A DNA stretch of 64,000 nt from Rhizophagus irregularis (GCF_026210795.1 NC_089429.1:3472001-3536000), one strand, 5' to 3'. Positions 1-16,974 are shown, counted from the first letter of the stretch. The notes: generated by a model from the sequence alone, not told the origin. Numbers and translations are program-made.

Positions 1-1304
1 TCTTCGGAATTTGGAAATCCACCCGATCCTAAAAAAAAGAAAAGAATGGTTATTAGTAACTATTCATTAATAATATTAAAAAAAAAAGAAAAAAAAATCA
101 AGATTCGTAATTAGTAGTTACTTACGAATCTTGATTTTCTGTACTTCGGAATTTGGAAATCCACCCGATCCTAAAAAAAAAGAAAAGAACGGTTATTAGT
201 AACCGTTCATTAATAATATTAAAAAAAAAGAAAAAAAATCAAGATTCGTAATTAGTAGTTACTTACGAATCTTGATTTTCCGTACTTCAGAATTCGAAAA
301 TCCACCCGATCCTAAAAAAAAGAAAAGAACGGTTATTAGTAACCGTTCATAATAATAATAATAAAAATAAAAATTAAACCAAGATTCGTACTTACTTACG
401 AATCTTAGTTCCACTTTTTCCAAAGATCGGAAGCCCACCTGAACCTAAAAAAAGAAAAGAACGGTTATTAGTAACTGTTCATTAATAAAATTAAACAAAA
501 CAAAAAAATTAAAACCAAGATTTGTATATACTTACGAATCTTGGTTCTTTTCCGTTCTTTGGAACTCGTGAACCTAAAAAAAGAAAGAACGGTTATTAGT
601 AACTGTTCATTAATAAAATTAAAAAAAAAAACAAAATTAAAACTATGATTCGTATATACTTACGAATTTTTGGTTTTTTTTCGTTCTTCGGAACTCGGAA
701 ACCCCTCCTGAGACGCCGAACCTATAAAAAATAAAAGAAAAAGAACGGTTAGTAATAACCGTTCCAAATATTAAAAAAAGAAAAAAAAAACTAAGATTCA
801 TAGTACGGAATCTTAGTTTTTTTCCGTTCTTCGGAAACTCACCCAAATGGCCGAACCTATAAGAAAAAGAAAAGAACGGTTAGTAACCGTTCATATAATA
901 GGAAAAAAAATAAAATAAAAAATAAACCAAGTTTCGTACTTGTACTTACGAAACTTGGTTCTTTCCGTTCTTCGGAACTCGGAAGCCAACCCGATCCTAA
1001 AATAATAAAGAAAAAAACGGTTATTAGTAACCGTTCGTTAATATTACAAAAAAAAAACAAAAAAAAATTAAACCAAGATTCGTTTACTTACAAATCTTGA
1101 TTCTTTTCCATTCTTCGGAACCAGGAAGCCTGCCCGAAACCTATAAAAAAGAAGGAACAGTTAGTAACCGTTCCGAAATATTAAAAAAAGTAAAAACCAA
1201 GATTCTTAAGAATCTTGGTTCTAAATCCCCTTTCTCTTCCCCCTTTCCCCATTTTTTACCTTAAAGTCCAGTTTCGTGTTAAAGCCGGCGTCCTCCTATA
1301 CGTC
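1..1304 (-). repeat. Tandem array (~130-145 bp period, ~9 units) of micro-exon plus hairpin-containing intron-like units
   Basis: On the minus strand most units have a GTAAGT donor, and all have a TACTAAY branch point and a poly-Y...TAG acceptor. Intron-like segments are 29-125, 171-266, 312-399, 445-535, 574-663, 722-806, 857-949 and 997-1091. Each unit has two inverted repeats. Confidence 0.85.
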
Positions 1305-1595
1305 CTACAAAAAAAATAATGAAAAGAAACGTTAGTTCGTTTCTTAAATTAACAAAACTTCACTTTCCTGTTTTTTACCCTTTTTTAAACTTTGATATGC
1401 GTAACGTGTGACGTTTAATTAGACTATTCGACCAATGTCTAATCGTAGATCATGGTCGAATTTTTAATTGAATATAGGCCAGCCTTTTTCGACTAGTGAA
1501 ATCAGAAATCGGCTATGCCGAATGTCACCTGATATACAGACGATCGTCAATTATTAGCCAAAATTTAGCCAAAATAAGGACGATTTGCCTTATTT

Positions 1596-1620
1596 CCGAT
1601 TTGCCTTATTTTGACTAGTG
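1596..1620. mobile_element. Terminal inverted repeat of a CACTA/CMC-type DNA transposon extending left out of the window
   Basis: ccgatttgccttattttgactagtg (reverse complement starts CACTAG). It matches 61945-61969 at 24/25 positions. Subterminal copies of gatttgccttattt and gactagtg (1491) are present. Confidence 0.75.
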
Positions 1621-2176
1621 CTAGTTAAGCATTTCCTACCTTCTGAATTTAAGTTTCCATCTAATAGTGCATATATAAGATACTTTTTAGTATAATGAGT
1701 GGTTTGCAGATTAATTATATTAGAATTAATCATTATGTATTTTTTTTGTATATAAACTTTTTAAAAAAAATAATTAATGAACTTTTAGCTAAAATTCTCC
1801 TTTTTTACTAAAACTCAAAAATTGTGCTTTGCAAATTTTTTAGCATCAATTTAATAAGAGCTATAAAAAAATAATCAGACTATCAAATCATATTGAGATA
1901 ATTGCATAGCCTTAATTTTTTAACTTTTTTATTAATTTATTAATCCCAAATAATACTGATATAACTTACATAAGGAGTTGCGTAAAGTTTATATGAAAAA
2001 AAATTTGAACTAGCATGCATAGATCAATTAAAAATTTTATGATGCTACTTATTGGAAATTTATAAATTATATATTTAAAATTATTAAAATTATAATTTAA
2101 ATAATATACAGTACATAACATTTTGATATTTTTAAATTCTGGAATAAATAGATTTAAATGTATAAAATACAATATA

Positions 2177-4105
2177 TCAATCACAATACTTTTCTAAAAA
2201 TTCATTATGAAATTTTTGCAATTTTATACAAAATCCATCAAGTAGCTCTTCAGGTGGTAAAAATGTACTTCTGAAGTGCCAAGTGCCATTTTTTTGACCA
2301 AATCCACTACCGGGAACAACACATACACCTGTTGCATCAAGCATAGCTAAACAATAAAATTCATCAGGTTTTTTGCCTGCTTGATGAGCAGCTTCAATTG
2401 CCTTTTGTGGCAAACGAAGTTGAGGGAAAAGATACATTGATCCCTTTTTTTTTAAAAAAAAAAATGTTAATTAGTTTAATTTTATAAAAATAAACTTATA
2501 TCCAATATCTCACCTGAGCATTATTACATGTAACGCCCTCCAATTGATTGAAGCATTCACTTAGTTTCATGCTTCTCCTTCGTAAACTCTCATAAATTTC
2601 ATTCAATTCTTTTTGGTATGATGTATAACTTTTATCACCACGTTTTGGTGGTTGAACCATTAAATCTACCATGATTTGTCCTTGAACATTTGGACAAAGA
2701 CTAACTGATGCCATTTTATAAAGTTCTTCGATGATACGAGAGTCAATATTGGTACATTCATAATATCCCCCTCTCCTTCCACATTCCCCTATCATGCCTT
2801 TGGAAACTGAATGGAAAGAAAATAATTCAAATCGCTCATATTTTTTTCCCATTGATCGAATGACTTTTTTAAAAGAATGGAATGGGCGTTCATCAGGTTG
2901 ATAAATATTTGTTTGATAAACCTCGTCTGCCAATAAAACAATATGTTCATTATGGCAGAAATCTACAATTTCACGCATATTATGTTCAGTCAAACATTGG
3001 CCAGTAGGATTACCAGGATTAATAATAACAAGCGCACGAACATCTAACCCTTTAGAACGTCCCACGGAGAGTGAAGAGGCCAATTGACTCAGATCTAATC
3101 CCCAATCTTCTTCTTCATTTAAATAGTATGGTACAGGCTGCGCGTCATATAGTGCCAAAGTAGCAGTATAAAGAGGATATTGTGGTATTGGTATCATAAT
3201 ACCAACATTAGAATGTGTGATAATAAGTTGAAGCACGGCTTGAACACCTGCAGAAGCGCCCTGAGTAAGAAAGATATCATTTGGATTTGCGGGGTACCCA
3301 TCACGTTCTAAGTAAAAAAAAAATATAAGAATTTCGAAAAAAATCTTCAAATTAAATTGATATTATCAACCTTCGATGAATTTTGCGACATTATTCCTTA
3401 TATAATGAATTCCTTGAGAATGAGAATATGCACCGACACTTCCGATTTCCTTAAGTAATTTTTGTGCGCGTTCAATTGCATCTGTAGGATACAATGCTTC
3501 AACTTGTTCACGATTTTCAGGTAATAAAAGATCAGGATATTCTGTTAAAGAAGCGACCTATTCAAAAAAAAAGGAATAAATATAACACTCTAAATTTAAA
3601 AAAGAAAAAAACATACCTGACGGAAGAAAGTTATGGGTTTTTGCTTTAATTGTTGTGGATTGCCGATATTACAATTAACAACAGCGTCGAAGTCGTAGTT
3701 ATGTGAATTTTCTTTAGATAATTCATCTTTGATTTGTTCAGCACGAATTGCCAATTCACCACGAACAGCGTACTCTACCCTCTTTACATGAGGGTTAATA
3801 CTTTCATAAGTAAGAATTTTCGCTAGGGAATTTAATCCATTAATTAATTACAAGATGGCGTAACGGTTCAGAACATGATAATTTATAATTAAGATAAGCC
3901 TATGATATCTCCGAATAAGGTAGAGCGAGAAAGTCAATTTTAAGATACTGAAAAAAAAACTATAAAACTAACCTGGTGAAGCACTTTGTACATGATTGGA
4001 GACGGACATATTTAACTTTGAAATTTTCAAATAAGTTTGTTGGTAAATTGTCGAGCCTAGGCGGCAAGCAAGAAAAAAAGCTGGTTTATATGTTTTTCGC
4101 ATCAT
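2177..4105 (-). CDS. ALT1: Alanine aminotransferase (PLP-dependent, class I/II), spliced
   Basis: Motifs EYAVRGE, INPGNPTGQ, LLADEVYQ, FHSVSKGMIGECGRRGGY (PLP lysine) and VVPGSGFGQ. GT-AG introns join the ORF pieces. Confidence 0.95.
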
Positions 4106-4319
4106 AGAATGATTTGAACATTCGAGGTTACTAATATTAATATTAAGATTAGATTTGATTTTAAATCCGATTTATCCCGTTCCGCGGAGATGATTTTAGG
4201 AATTCCAAATTAGGAAATACGGTTTGATGGCACGTGTATTATTAGATCGATATAAAAACGCGTTTATCCGATTTTATTGATTTTACTCGAACATCTGATT
4301 TTACTCAAACAACTAAAAA

Positions 4320-5743
4320 ATGTCAGAAACAGACCGAACAAACCAAGGAGGGTTTAAGAGAGCCGCTAAAGATTGTTTTAGCGGAACGGTTGGCGGAATC
4401 GTACAAGTGTTTGTCGGTCAGGTAACTTAAATATACTTTTAATTCAACCAGTAGTTTATTCGTTATTTAACAAGTGAGCTGTTCTTATTATTTATTGTCT
4501 AGCCATTTGATACAGTTAAAGTGGTGAGAATTAGTGTGAATATGTTTATTCAGCAAGAATACAAGAAATAAAAATAATTATTATATATTATTTATAGAGA
4601 CTTCAAACACAAGGCGAACCACCAAAATATACTAGCATGCTGGATTGTGTAAGGAAAACCCGAAAAGAAGGATTGACCGCATTTTATAAGGTTTGTAATT
4701 ATCTAATTTTTTGATTTGTTTTGTTAAAATATTCGCATACAGGAATTCTATTACGGGTATATATTTTTCGTCGTCCGCTTATTTTTAGAGAATATATAGG
4801 GAACAACTACCCCATTAGTAGGAGTTGGTGCCTGTGTCTCTATTCAATTTCTAGTTTTCGAATTTATGAAAAGATTCTTTAATGAAAAAAATAAACGCCC
4901 GGGGCAGTTGACATTACCACAACTGTATCAAATTGGAGCAGCGGCTGGAATGGCAGCTTCTTTTGTTTTTTGTAAGTTATATTTGAAATGCTTATCGATT
5001 TATTTGCAAAATTGTAATTTCTTTGAATTCTGTTTTATAGGTCCAGTTGAACATATTCGTACACGTAAGTCTTGAAACGATATTATAGAGCTAAATCGGG
5101 GATTTGCTCTGTTTAAATTTAAATTTAATTATAGATTATGTATCTTGATAATTTTATATATTTAGTGATTGTTTGTTAAATTAGGTCTCCAAATTCAAAC
5201 TCAGATTAAAAAGTATAATGGACCAATTGATTGTATCAAGAAAATTTATTCCTGCCACGGTATTAAAGGAATTTATAAGGGACAGTTAATAACAATGGCA
5301 CGTGAATTTCATGGAGGTGCTTGTTATTTTCTAATATACGAATTTCTTATGCAACGCGCTATGCTAAAAGAAAAGAAATTAAGGAATGAATTACCCGGTT
5401 GGAAAAAATGCTTATATGGAGCTGCATCAGGTTTGTCTTATACGCATTAAAAAATTTTTATTTCTGTTTTCAAATGTAAACTTTAATCTTTTTTTAAGGA
5501 TATGGAATGTGGAGTTCTATTTATCCGATAGATGTTATTAAGAGTAAAATTCAAACTGATTGCTTTTCAAAAGAAAAGCGAAAGTATTCAAGTTCACTTG
5601 ACTGTGCAAAACAGATTTTAGCCAGGGAAGGAATTAAAGGTTTTTTTAAGGGATTTGGAACATGTATGCTACGTGCTGGCCCTGTTAATGCTTCAAGTTT
5701 TGTTGCCTTTGAATTCGCTATGGAATTATTTGAAAAGATTTAA
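4320..5743 (+). CDS. Mitochondrial carrier (SLC25), YMC1/carnitine-carrier-like, spliced
   Basis: Three carrier signatures: PFDTVKVRLQ (includes a 21-nt micro-exon, 4503-4523), PVEHIRT and PIDVIKSKIQ. C-terminal GFFKGFGTCMLRAGPVNA. Confidence 0.92.
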
Positions 5744-6063
5744 AGAAAAAAAGAAAGAACAAAATAGAATTCAATATTTTTTTTATTACAACATTTATTT
5801 AATTTTACTGACAATTTAAATAATTAAATAAAAATATTAGAATCAATTTGACTGATATATATTATATATAAAATATGCTCCCCCAGCGGACTCATTAATT
5901 CAATTAGAATTAAAATAATCTATTATACTTTAAAGTTGTACTAACTATTAAACTTGAATTGATATTACTTATATTGTACATTATAAATTAATTTTTAGAT
6001 TGCGTATTGCAATCTCTATAACTGATAATATTATTTTACTATATCATAATTTAATGATAAACA

Positions 6064-7935
6064 TTAAAACTAAAAAACAAAAATAAATATTATTAGAAAA
6101 TAAATAAGAAAATTAATAAGAAAATTTAATAATAAAAAATTTTCTTACCCTAATTTGATAACTTCCTGCTTTAGTCATATACCTTACCCATTTGACACTT
6201 GTGTAATTACTTTTTTCGAATACTTTCAAAAATCTTACCAATAATCCGGAAGAAGTGAACATTAAAACTTGGAAATCCATTGATATCGGTGGTCGCGACC
6301 ATGCTTTCTTAACAGTCATAGAAGAAAGTTCAGCTTCGCCAGACAATGTTGCCTCGGATTGTCCTTGAAATCGCGGTAACCTACATAAAAAAAAATTTTT
6401 TTTTTTTATAATGTAAATAAATAAATAGACTTGAATTATCGTATTCATAATTATTTAGATACATTACTTCCACACAATAGAATTCTCAGCTGGGACATAT
6501 CTCGCTCTACCAGCAGTAACGCGTATATTAATACTGGCAGTGTTAAGTGGCGTGGGTATCCTTATCACCACATTATTAGCAATTAACTTCGGAGAAAAAT
6601 TGGCTTTTACAGTAACACGATATTCAACTCGAGATTTACCAATTTCATTAACCACCGGGTGAACACGAAATGGAAGATTGACATTTTCTGTAGTACGATA
6701 TCTTTATAAATAAAATGATTAAAATAGCATTCGAGGAATTTTGAAGATAAGAAAAACGGTTATTCGGTTCAAACCTCATTAATTCAAATTCACCATCTGG
6801 AGGAACAAAACTTATAGTTCGATCGGAATCGAATTTTCCTAACTTAACACATTGATGAAATTGGCAGTCATCAATCTCAACAGCATTAGTTCTTCTCTGA
6901 GATCTGTTGAATAATTTAATTTTAAGTAAGTCTCTAAATGAATCTATTTTAAGATACAAAAAAATTCACATACAATCCTCTATGCGATGTGTCTTTTTCT
7001 AATAACAACTTATCATTAAGTCCAAATTTACATTCTGGAGTACCAGAAAGGTATGCTCTCATCATAATTTGCCCAGACACGTCCGCTCTTAATGTTGTAC
7101 CTATTTTATCAAAGACAAGTATTTATTACCTTATAAAGCACTAAATGTTAAAAAACAGAACATTAAAGATACTAACCTTTAGTACTCATTAACAAATTTA
7201 CGGATTCAATTACATCTATAAAGGCTTCATTCTTTCTGTATTTAATATCTGATCTGCGCCACGAAGTAGCCCCAGTTGCTTGGATGGTGATCTTTGAAGA
7301 ATCCTCTTTCTATTATTGAAAATAATCAATATTTTACCTAAATTTATCTACAATATTGGAGATAACATACCACAGCGCGTTGAGATTTGACGCCTTCGGT
7401 GGTTATATACATTTTGAGCGTTTCTGTTTCGCTATTTTGAGGATACCCAAAATCGAGGACCTCTAATAAAAGTTAAAGCATTATCAATTTTATGACATTA
7501 TTCCTATTCCAAATTTGCGCGAGTATTTACCATCTAACAGCTCATATATTAATACAAAATTATTCTTAACGGCTTCCTCGTCAAATTTTCCAAAATAAGC
7601 CTTTCCAATATTAACCAGCCGATAACAAAACTCAAACACTAAGGCAGCGTTAGCATTACATTTTGTAACGGCCACAATGTAAAGGTTATCATGACGAACA
7701 TGAAAAAATGATGTAGACCCAAGTGTAATGATTGGTGAGCGAACATCTGTATTGGAAATTACTTGAATTCTAAAAATGTCCGCCACAGAACGCCTAGATA
7801 GAATGTTCGCGTTTTATGAGTTTCTATTAATGTTAATCTAAAACAGAAACTTCATACTCACTTCAAATCTTGACGGTACAAACGCGAGATGAGCACTTCT
7901 CCTTTCTGATTATAAATAAAGAATGCACTTATCAT
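6064..7935 (-). CDS. APM4: AP-2 adaptor complex mu subunit, spliced
   Basis: [65 protein letters not shown] and [15 protein letters not shown], plus a terminal exon F-stop at 6064-6069. Confidence 0.95.
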
Positions 7936-8570
7936 CGTTGTCAGATACGAACCTAATTCGAGAGCAAATCAATTGATAAGTTTGTCGATCCTCTTTCCTA
8001 TTGGATGGATACACAGTCAATCTAATAAAATTTTAGTCGCAGCTTATCGTACAAGTATTACAGTAAAAAATAGAAAACAAAGTTGGAACATGATAGATTT
8101 AGATTTACTATCTTCCTTCAAACCAAAATCTAAAAGACCAAAATTACAGTTGATCCGTTCATTCTTATTGACGGAATAAACGAGCACGACGGTAAAAGAA
8201 GTCTAAAAAAGTTGCTTTAGGATTATAGGATGTTTAGAGTTTGTTTAAGGTTGTTTCTGATTCTAGTTAAAAAAGACTAGGTTTTTATCAAACGTAAAAA
8301 AAAAATACGCTTTCACTCGAACGCCCGAAAATTTTAAAATGAATCTTTTAAGTGATCGATTACAAACTACTATGAAGACCGGGAAACCACTAAAAAAGAC
8401 TATAAAGGGAATTAATTTTTAATGGATCGCCTAGCAAACTTGCATCTATTATTTGTAATTTTTTGTTTTGTCAAACATATTAGATGATTTAATATAGTCT
8501 AAAGAACATTTAAGGCTGCGCCAAAAGAACAATAAATAATATCTAAAAATCTAAAAATCTTGTATATTCA

Positions 8571-11500
8571 TCACGTCGAACTTCTCAAAGATCGTACAAC
8601 ACTTTCCATTGCTCGTTTTTTAACTCTCTCTTCAGGTTGCATTGCCAATAACGGTTGATCCTGCCATCTATTAAAACAATGTGTTTCTTTAACATGATGC
8701 TTATTAATATATAATTTTTTTGTAATATAATTTTTTGGACGAACTTACTTATCAAACAAATTAATAACATCTGTAGGCTTAAGTAATGAATATTTTCTAT
8801 TTCTTGTAGAAGGATCCAAGTATTCTTCAACATTATCGGATTGTAGAAGAGTTACAATCTAAAAAAGCGGTAACATAATATACAATTAGTGACTTGTTAA
8901 TTGCTTATTAATGTAATTATATCATAATTTATGATTACAAATACCTGTCTCAATTCTAAAAATGCATCCGCGATATTTGGGTCTTCAAGTTTACGTGCAA
9001 AATGTTCAAGGAACGTAACATCAACTTCAAGATTTGCAACACCATTCGCATTAATCTTTTTAACGCTAGGACTTAGAATTAAATTCTATAAAAGGTATAG
9101 AGTACAACTTTAAAATAAATCTTTTCGATAAACTTTAAGTAATAGTTAAATAAAGCATACACATAAAGAAGAAGCCAAATGACTTAAAGCATTAAAGTAA
9201 ATGAAAATCTTGATTGACATCGGAAGATTGTACAAAGTTGAACTAATGACAGCCGTAAGGTAGTTAGCCATATCTGTGTTTTAAAGTAAAAATTTCATTA
9301 AATGATTTCAAATAACACTATTAATAATAAAATAACAAACCGTGAAGGAAAAAACTTGGATGAGCCTGAACAGAATTCGGCACCCTAAATAATTACACAA
9401 TTAAAGTATATGATAGATTCAAGATTTCAAGATGTGAAATAAAAGACTTACCAATCATAATCTGCTAATTCTAAGAAATCATCAATTTTTGAATTGACTA
9501 GTTCAAAAATACGCTTCTCCGCTTTTTTACTAGTCTCACGAAATTCTTCAGCAGCTTTTAACTTGATTTGGCCTCCACGATGAGATGATCTAAAAAAAAT
9601 AATATTTGTCATGGTAGTTTGCAATTTTTTTTTTACAGAAGTGGAATAAGGTGAATAATATACCTTTTTGATTTTAGTAATTTTTCTAATTCCCCACAGG
9701 CATCATGAAAATATTCGAGATTAATGATAATTTGTACAATCTGTGACATATTTTGACTTTCTAATTTACTCGTTAGAACACCATTAACATGTTCTATTAA
9801 CAAATTATCTAACGTCTTTTAAAAGCGAAATATATTTATTATAAGCGGATAATTCAAAAAATTTCCTAACTATAATATTAAACCAACCTGTTTTGCAATA
9901 TCGTCTACTGTACTAAATTGTCGTGAATCACCTTCTGCAAATGTATAGTATTGATCCACAAATTTTTTAATGTCCAAGCAACATGAAGGATATGCTTGCG
10001 AAAAAGGAAGTGTTCTTGGATATCTATAGAATATTCATACGAAAAGTAAAATTTTTCCTTAAATATATTTCTGATTCTGAAAAATCAAGTATCAACAATT
10101 TTTTACATATGGACTAATTCGGCTCCAAGAATTTCAGTACCACCCAATCAAAAACTGAAATTGGCCAGGCTGCGTATAGAAATATTTATAATTGATTCCT
10201 AACATACCCTTGACTAATACGATGATCCTCTTTAAACCAACAAGCATCAACAACTGCCTCATACTCTGCTGGACTACTAATAGGCATTGGCATGTAATCA
10301 TCATACAGGAGTGTCTACAATATATAACTTTCTTTAAAAATCAACATAATATCAAAGAAATAAAAAATCAACTTATTTTACCTGAAGAAAATCTTCCAAA
10401 AATCTTTGTTTCAACATATCAGAGTATCTTTGAAAAACAGTTAATATCAAATCTGTAAATGCGTGAACATTATATCCGTAATCCTAAGAAAAAAATACAT
10501 ATATATATTATCTATGACAAAACTTTGATAGAAAAAAAGTATGTAAATTTAATTACCTCCAAAGTTTGAATGAAGGTAAATAAAGAAAATTTAATCTGTA
10601 AAAATAAATTTGGATCATGACATTCATCAAGACTTTCAGTAATAATTTTAACGACTTTAGCAATTACTGAATCCCATAAGTTATCAACCTCTGTTTGAGA
10701 TCGAAAATTTTGTGTAGAGTGTACAATCACATATTCTACAACAAAAAACCCTACAATGTCTTGGAGGAAAGCTTCGAAACCCTTCTCATTACCTTCCCTC
10801 AATGTGAATGATTGTGATAGAACCAAATTTGCTTGGGACTTGAAAGAAAAAAAAAAAATTATTATAATCATTATTATATGTGTATTAAATTCACATGAAG
10901 TTAATTCACATGAAATTAATTACCCTTCTATCTTCCTCATAATTTGATTTAAATTCATTTCGTTTTCCTAGTTCTTCGTAAATATGCAAACATTGATATA
11001 ATGGTTTGAAATCAATATGTACATGATCATTATTTACGATGTTAACTATATAATAAAAAAGAATGTAGTGTACTTGTAAAATGAGGAAATAAGGGAAAAT
11101 GAAAATGATGAATGATATAACGTACATTCATTTTCTTCGTTCATCACCATCTCGATTGGCGAACTAACCGGAACTGAACGTAAATCGGGATTTTTAGCAA
11201 CCTTAAGTTTCCATCGTTCTTGACGTAACTTCATTTGTTCCATCGCTATTTTGCCAACTTCTCCGGACACTTGCCGAACTCTTTACATAACAAAGAACTT
11301 GGTCAATAATTAACTCATTGTCCGTATCTAATTAATAACTTAATTTGGATACGTTTACAGCAATAGATATTATAATCACATACTTAAATAACCATTCTTT
11401 CATTTCTTTTGTTACAGCATTCTTGACATCATGCTGCATAACGGGAATAGATTCCTCTAAAATAAATTACATATTATCCCAAATTCAAAATCGTAAATAA

Positions 11501-12330
11501 ACTTTAAAAAAAGAAGATATAACATACGCAAATGTTTGGCGAATTCATATTGTATAGCTTTACGCAAATGAACAGTCTGTAACTCTTCCAATGTCTGAAA
11601 TAATAACACTTTAATGTCTTCACTAACAAGTCATAAAATTAAACCAACGGAATATCTACCCTTAAAGCCGAATAATATTTTCTCTCTTCTACTAAATGAT
11701 TTACACGATTTGCCATGTCAAGCACATGTAAACATAATTGCAATGTTTCAACAGCTTCATCAATATTTTTTTGGATTCTTCGTGTTTGTATAAGTTCTTT
11801 TTTCTAGTAGAAGGAGAAAAGTTCATTAAAAATGGTAATCAATGTAGTTTTAAAATGAAAATAATGTAACTACCTTTGATGCAACTTTTTTACCAGATTT
11901 TTGTACATCATAATTTAAATCAATTATTTTATTTTTTAAATTGACAGTTCCTTGTCTAACTTTCAATAATTGATCCACAGATTGTATAAATTCCTACCAA
12001 TGATAAGTTCATTTATTTACTTATTTATTGTATTTATTGTAAAAATGTTTAACAAAATACGGGAGATAACCTCAAATTAGATATATCCAAAGATGTCTAT
12101 AGATATTGAATTAATTCAAGCCATACCTGATAATTACTATTACACATTCTCTCAATTTCTCCTTCTTTCTTCCTAACAAACATTGCCAGTTGTTCAAGAA
12201 AAGCTTCTTGTCTATCAGTATCATAAATAGTTTTTATGATAGGACCGAGCTGTTCAAGGTTCTCATTTTCAACATTCAATTCCGCCGAGAATACAAGATT
12301 CTGAAGCTGTTGTTGGTCGTTAGCCGACAT
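8571..12330 (-). CDS. SEC15: Exocyst complex subunit Sec15, many exons
   Basis: N-terminal LEQLGPIIK...KEGEIERMCNSNYQ, then IDFKPLYQCLHIYEELG and DIVGFFVVE...FRSQTEVDNLWD. Stop inferred at 8571-8573. Confidence 0.9.
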
Positions 12331-13139
12331 TCTGTAAAACGTTCTTCGCAATAATCTTTTTATTTCAACCGATCAGAAAATTACATTTTAGTTTTCAGCT
12401 GAAAAATGTGACAGGTTACGCCAAATATTACTCAATGTATGGGCAGAATTATAAATGATCGGCGCTGAATATTTCTAATGCCACTCTGTCAGATCTCGCG
12501 TTTTGCTGTCCGTCGTCAAATATGCTGCAATTTTTTCTGAGTGCCTTGATGCTTTGAAATAACTGATTTGTTATTAACGATATTAAATCAGTGCCAACTA
12601 AAGGTAATAAATAGATTTTTATTCAATGCATGGAATAATTTCAAATGGAGCAAATTTAATGTTTGTACATATATGCAAGTGTGATGTGGAAAAATCAAAA
12701 CATACGTGTCTACTAGTGAATTTTCTTCTGAGATTTTTTAATGTAATTTTAATTGTTTCTCTGTCTTTAACCGTTAAGCTACATATTTTACACAATGTAT
12801 CAAAAGAATATTATCGGACAATCAGAGAAGGGATTCCTATTTTAAATGTTTAAAGAAAATGAAATTATGGGATCAGACTCCAAACAAATCATTAAATTTA
12901 AATTCCAAAATCAAAGTTTTTGATTGTAATAGAAAAAAATCAATCGGTTAAGTTTGGCACTGAAAATTGAGTCATATGCTTTTATAACTGCTTCTGATCA
13001 CTTATTTAATAAGATTCCACGCCGATGTATCGAAGGAAGATTAATGAGATCTTTAATGCATTAGTGTATTAAGGCAACGTTCTTGGTAAAGCAGACACAA
13101 TATAAAACAGTGACCTTTTATATAAATTATTCGTATAAT

Positions 13140-13826
13140 CTATAAATCAAATATCCCGCTCATCCCATGCGTCAATTCTTTAACAGCAATAACTACACCT
13201 CCAGTAACCATTCCGGTAAGTTTTCTTGCGATTTCTGCATATATCCATCCAACAACTGGTAAAGATTCCAATAAATCCTTTAAACTCCAAATATCTTCAT
13301 GTCTAACAATCTTGTGTTGTTCGTTAAACTCAAATCTTGAAATTATACGCAATGTAAATTCATTATTACAGTTATTACAAAATTGACTATTTTTACCAAA
13401 CACTATACGCAAACACGGAAATGAAGGAAATTGAAGAGGGAAACGATATTTAATCAAAGCATCTATGCATACTAAATGATGATTTCCTGCTATTTTACTA
13501 TTAGTGACTGATTGTATTTCAGGTGTTATAGCATAGAAGAACGCAGAAAGCAAATGAAATTGATTGATTATTTGGTCATGTGATTCGACAAGTAAAATTG
13601 GATTTTCAAAGACTAAAAAAGTTCCAAAAAAAATTTTAATCAATTTTCAATAAATTATTTCTTTGATCTATTTTATATCCATACCAGCATTAACATCAAA
13701 ATAAGTCGTAACAACATTCCTTTGGATTTCTTTTTTCTTAGAAAACAAGCTTAAATAAACAAGCCTAGCGATAGCTTTCTCGCTGCTCTCGCTACTCTCG
13801 CTATTTTGTGATCCATTTGCATTCAT
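13140..13826 (-). CDS. NTF2/SnoaL-like fold protein, two exons
   Basis: YFDVNA|VFENPILLV start and a C-terminal KIVRHEDIWS motif resemble fungal SnoaL/NTF2-like proteins. One GT-AG intron at ~13614-13685. Confidence 0.6.
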
Positions 13827-14047
13827 GATTACATACGGTTCTTATAAATAGAAGTTGTGCTATTATAATAACTGGATAATAATACTGATTGCCGATCATT
13901 TTCATATGATCTACAGATTTAGTTTGCGCAGAAATGATTTGAGATATTTTATTTTACTACAGTTGGAAATCTAGGTTATATTACATAAAATCAATATTAA
14001 ATTTTTATTTAAAAAAATCATCTGCACTTAAATAATATTTTGTTTAT

Positions 14048-16765
<2,718 letters not shown>

Positions 16766-16974
16766 TCCGAGATTGATCGAAATCAGACATCAATTAATGC
16801 TCATTATTTATCAATGTTTAAAGTTACACAAGTTCCAAATTTTTTTTTTTTCCGACATATTATATTATTATTAAAATTTTTTTATTAAAAAATGATTTTA
16901 CAATATAAATAATAAATAAATAGATAAATAGATGAATAAATATTCACAACATTATTTTTTTTTCTTTTTTTTTG

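Noticed and set aside
1..1220. Telomeric repeat, or protein-coding ORFs 643-846 and 857-1060
   Set aside because: No short telomeric unit is present. The ORFs run through poly-T intron-like segments.
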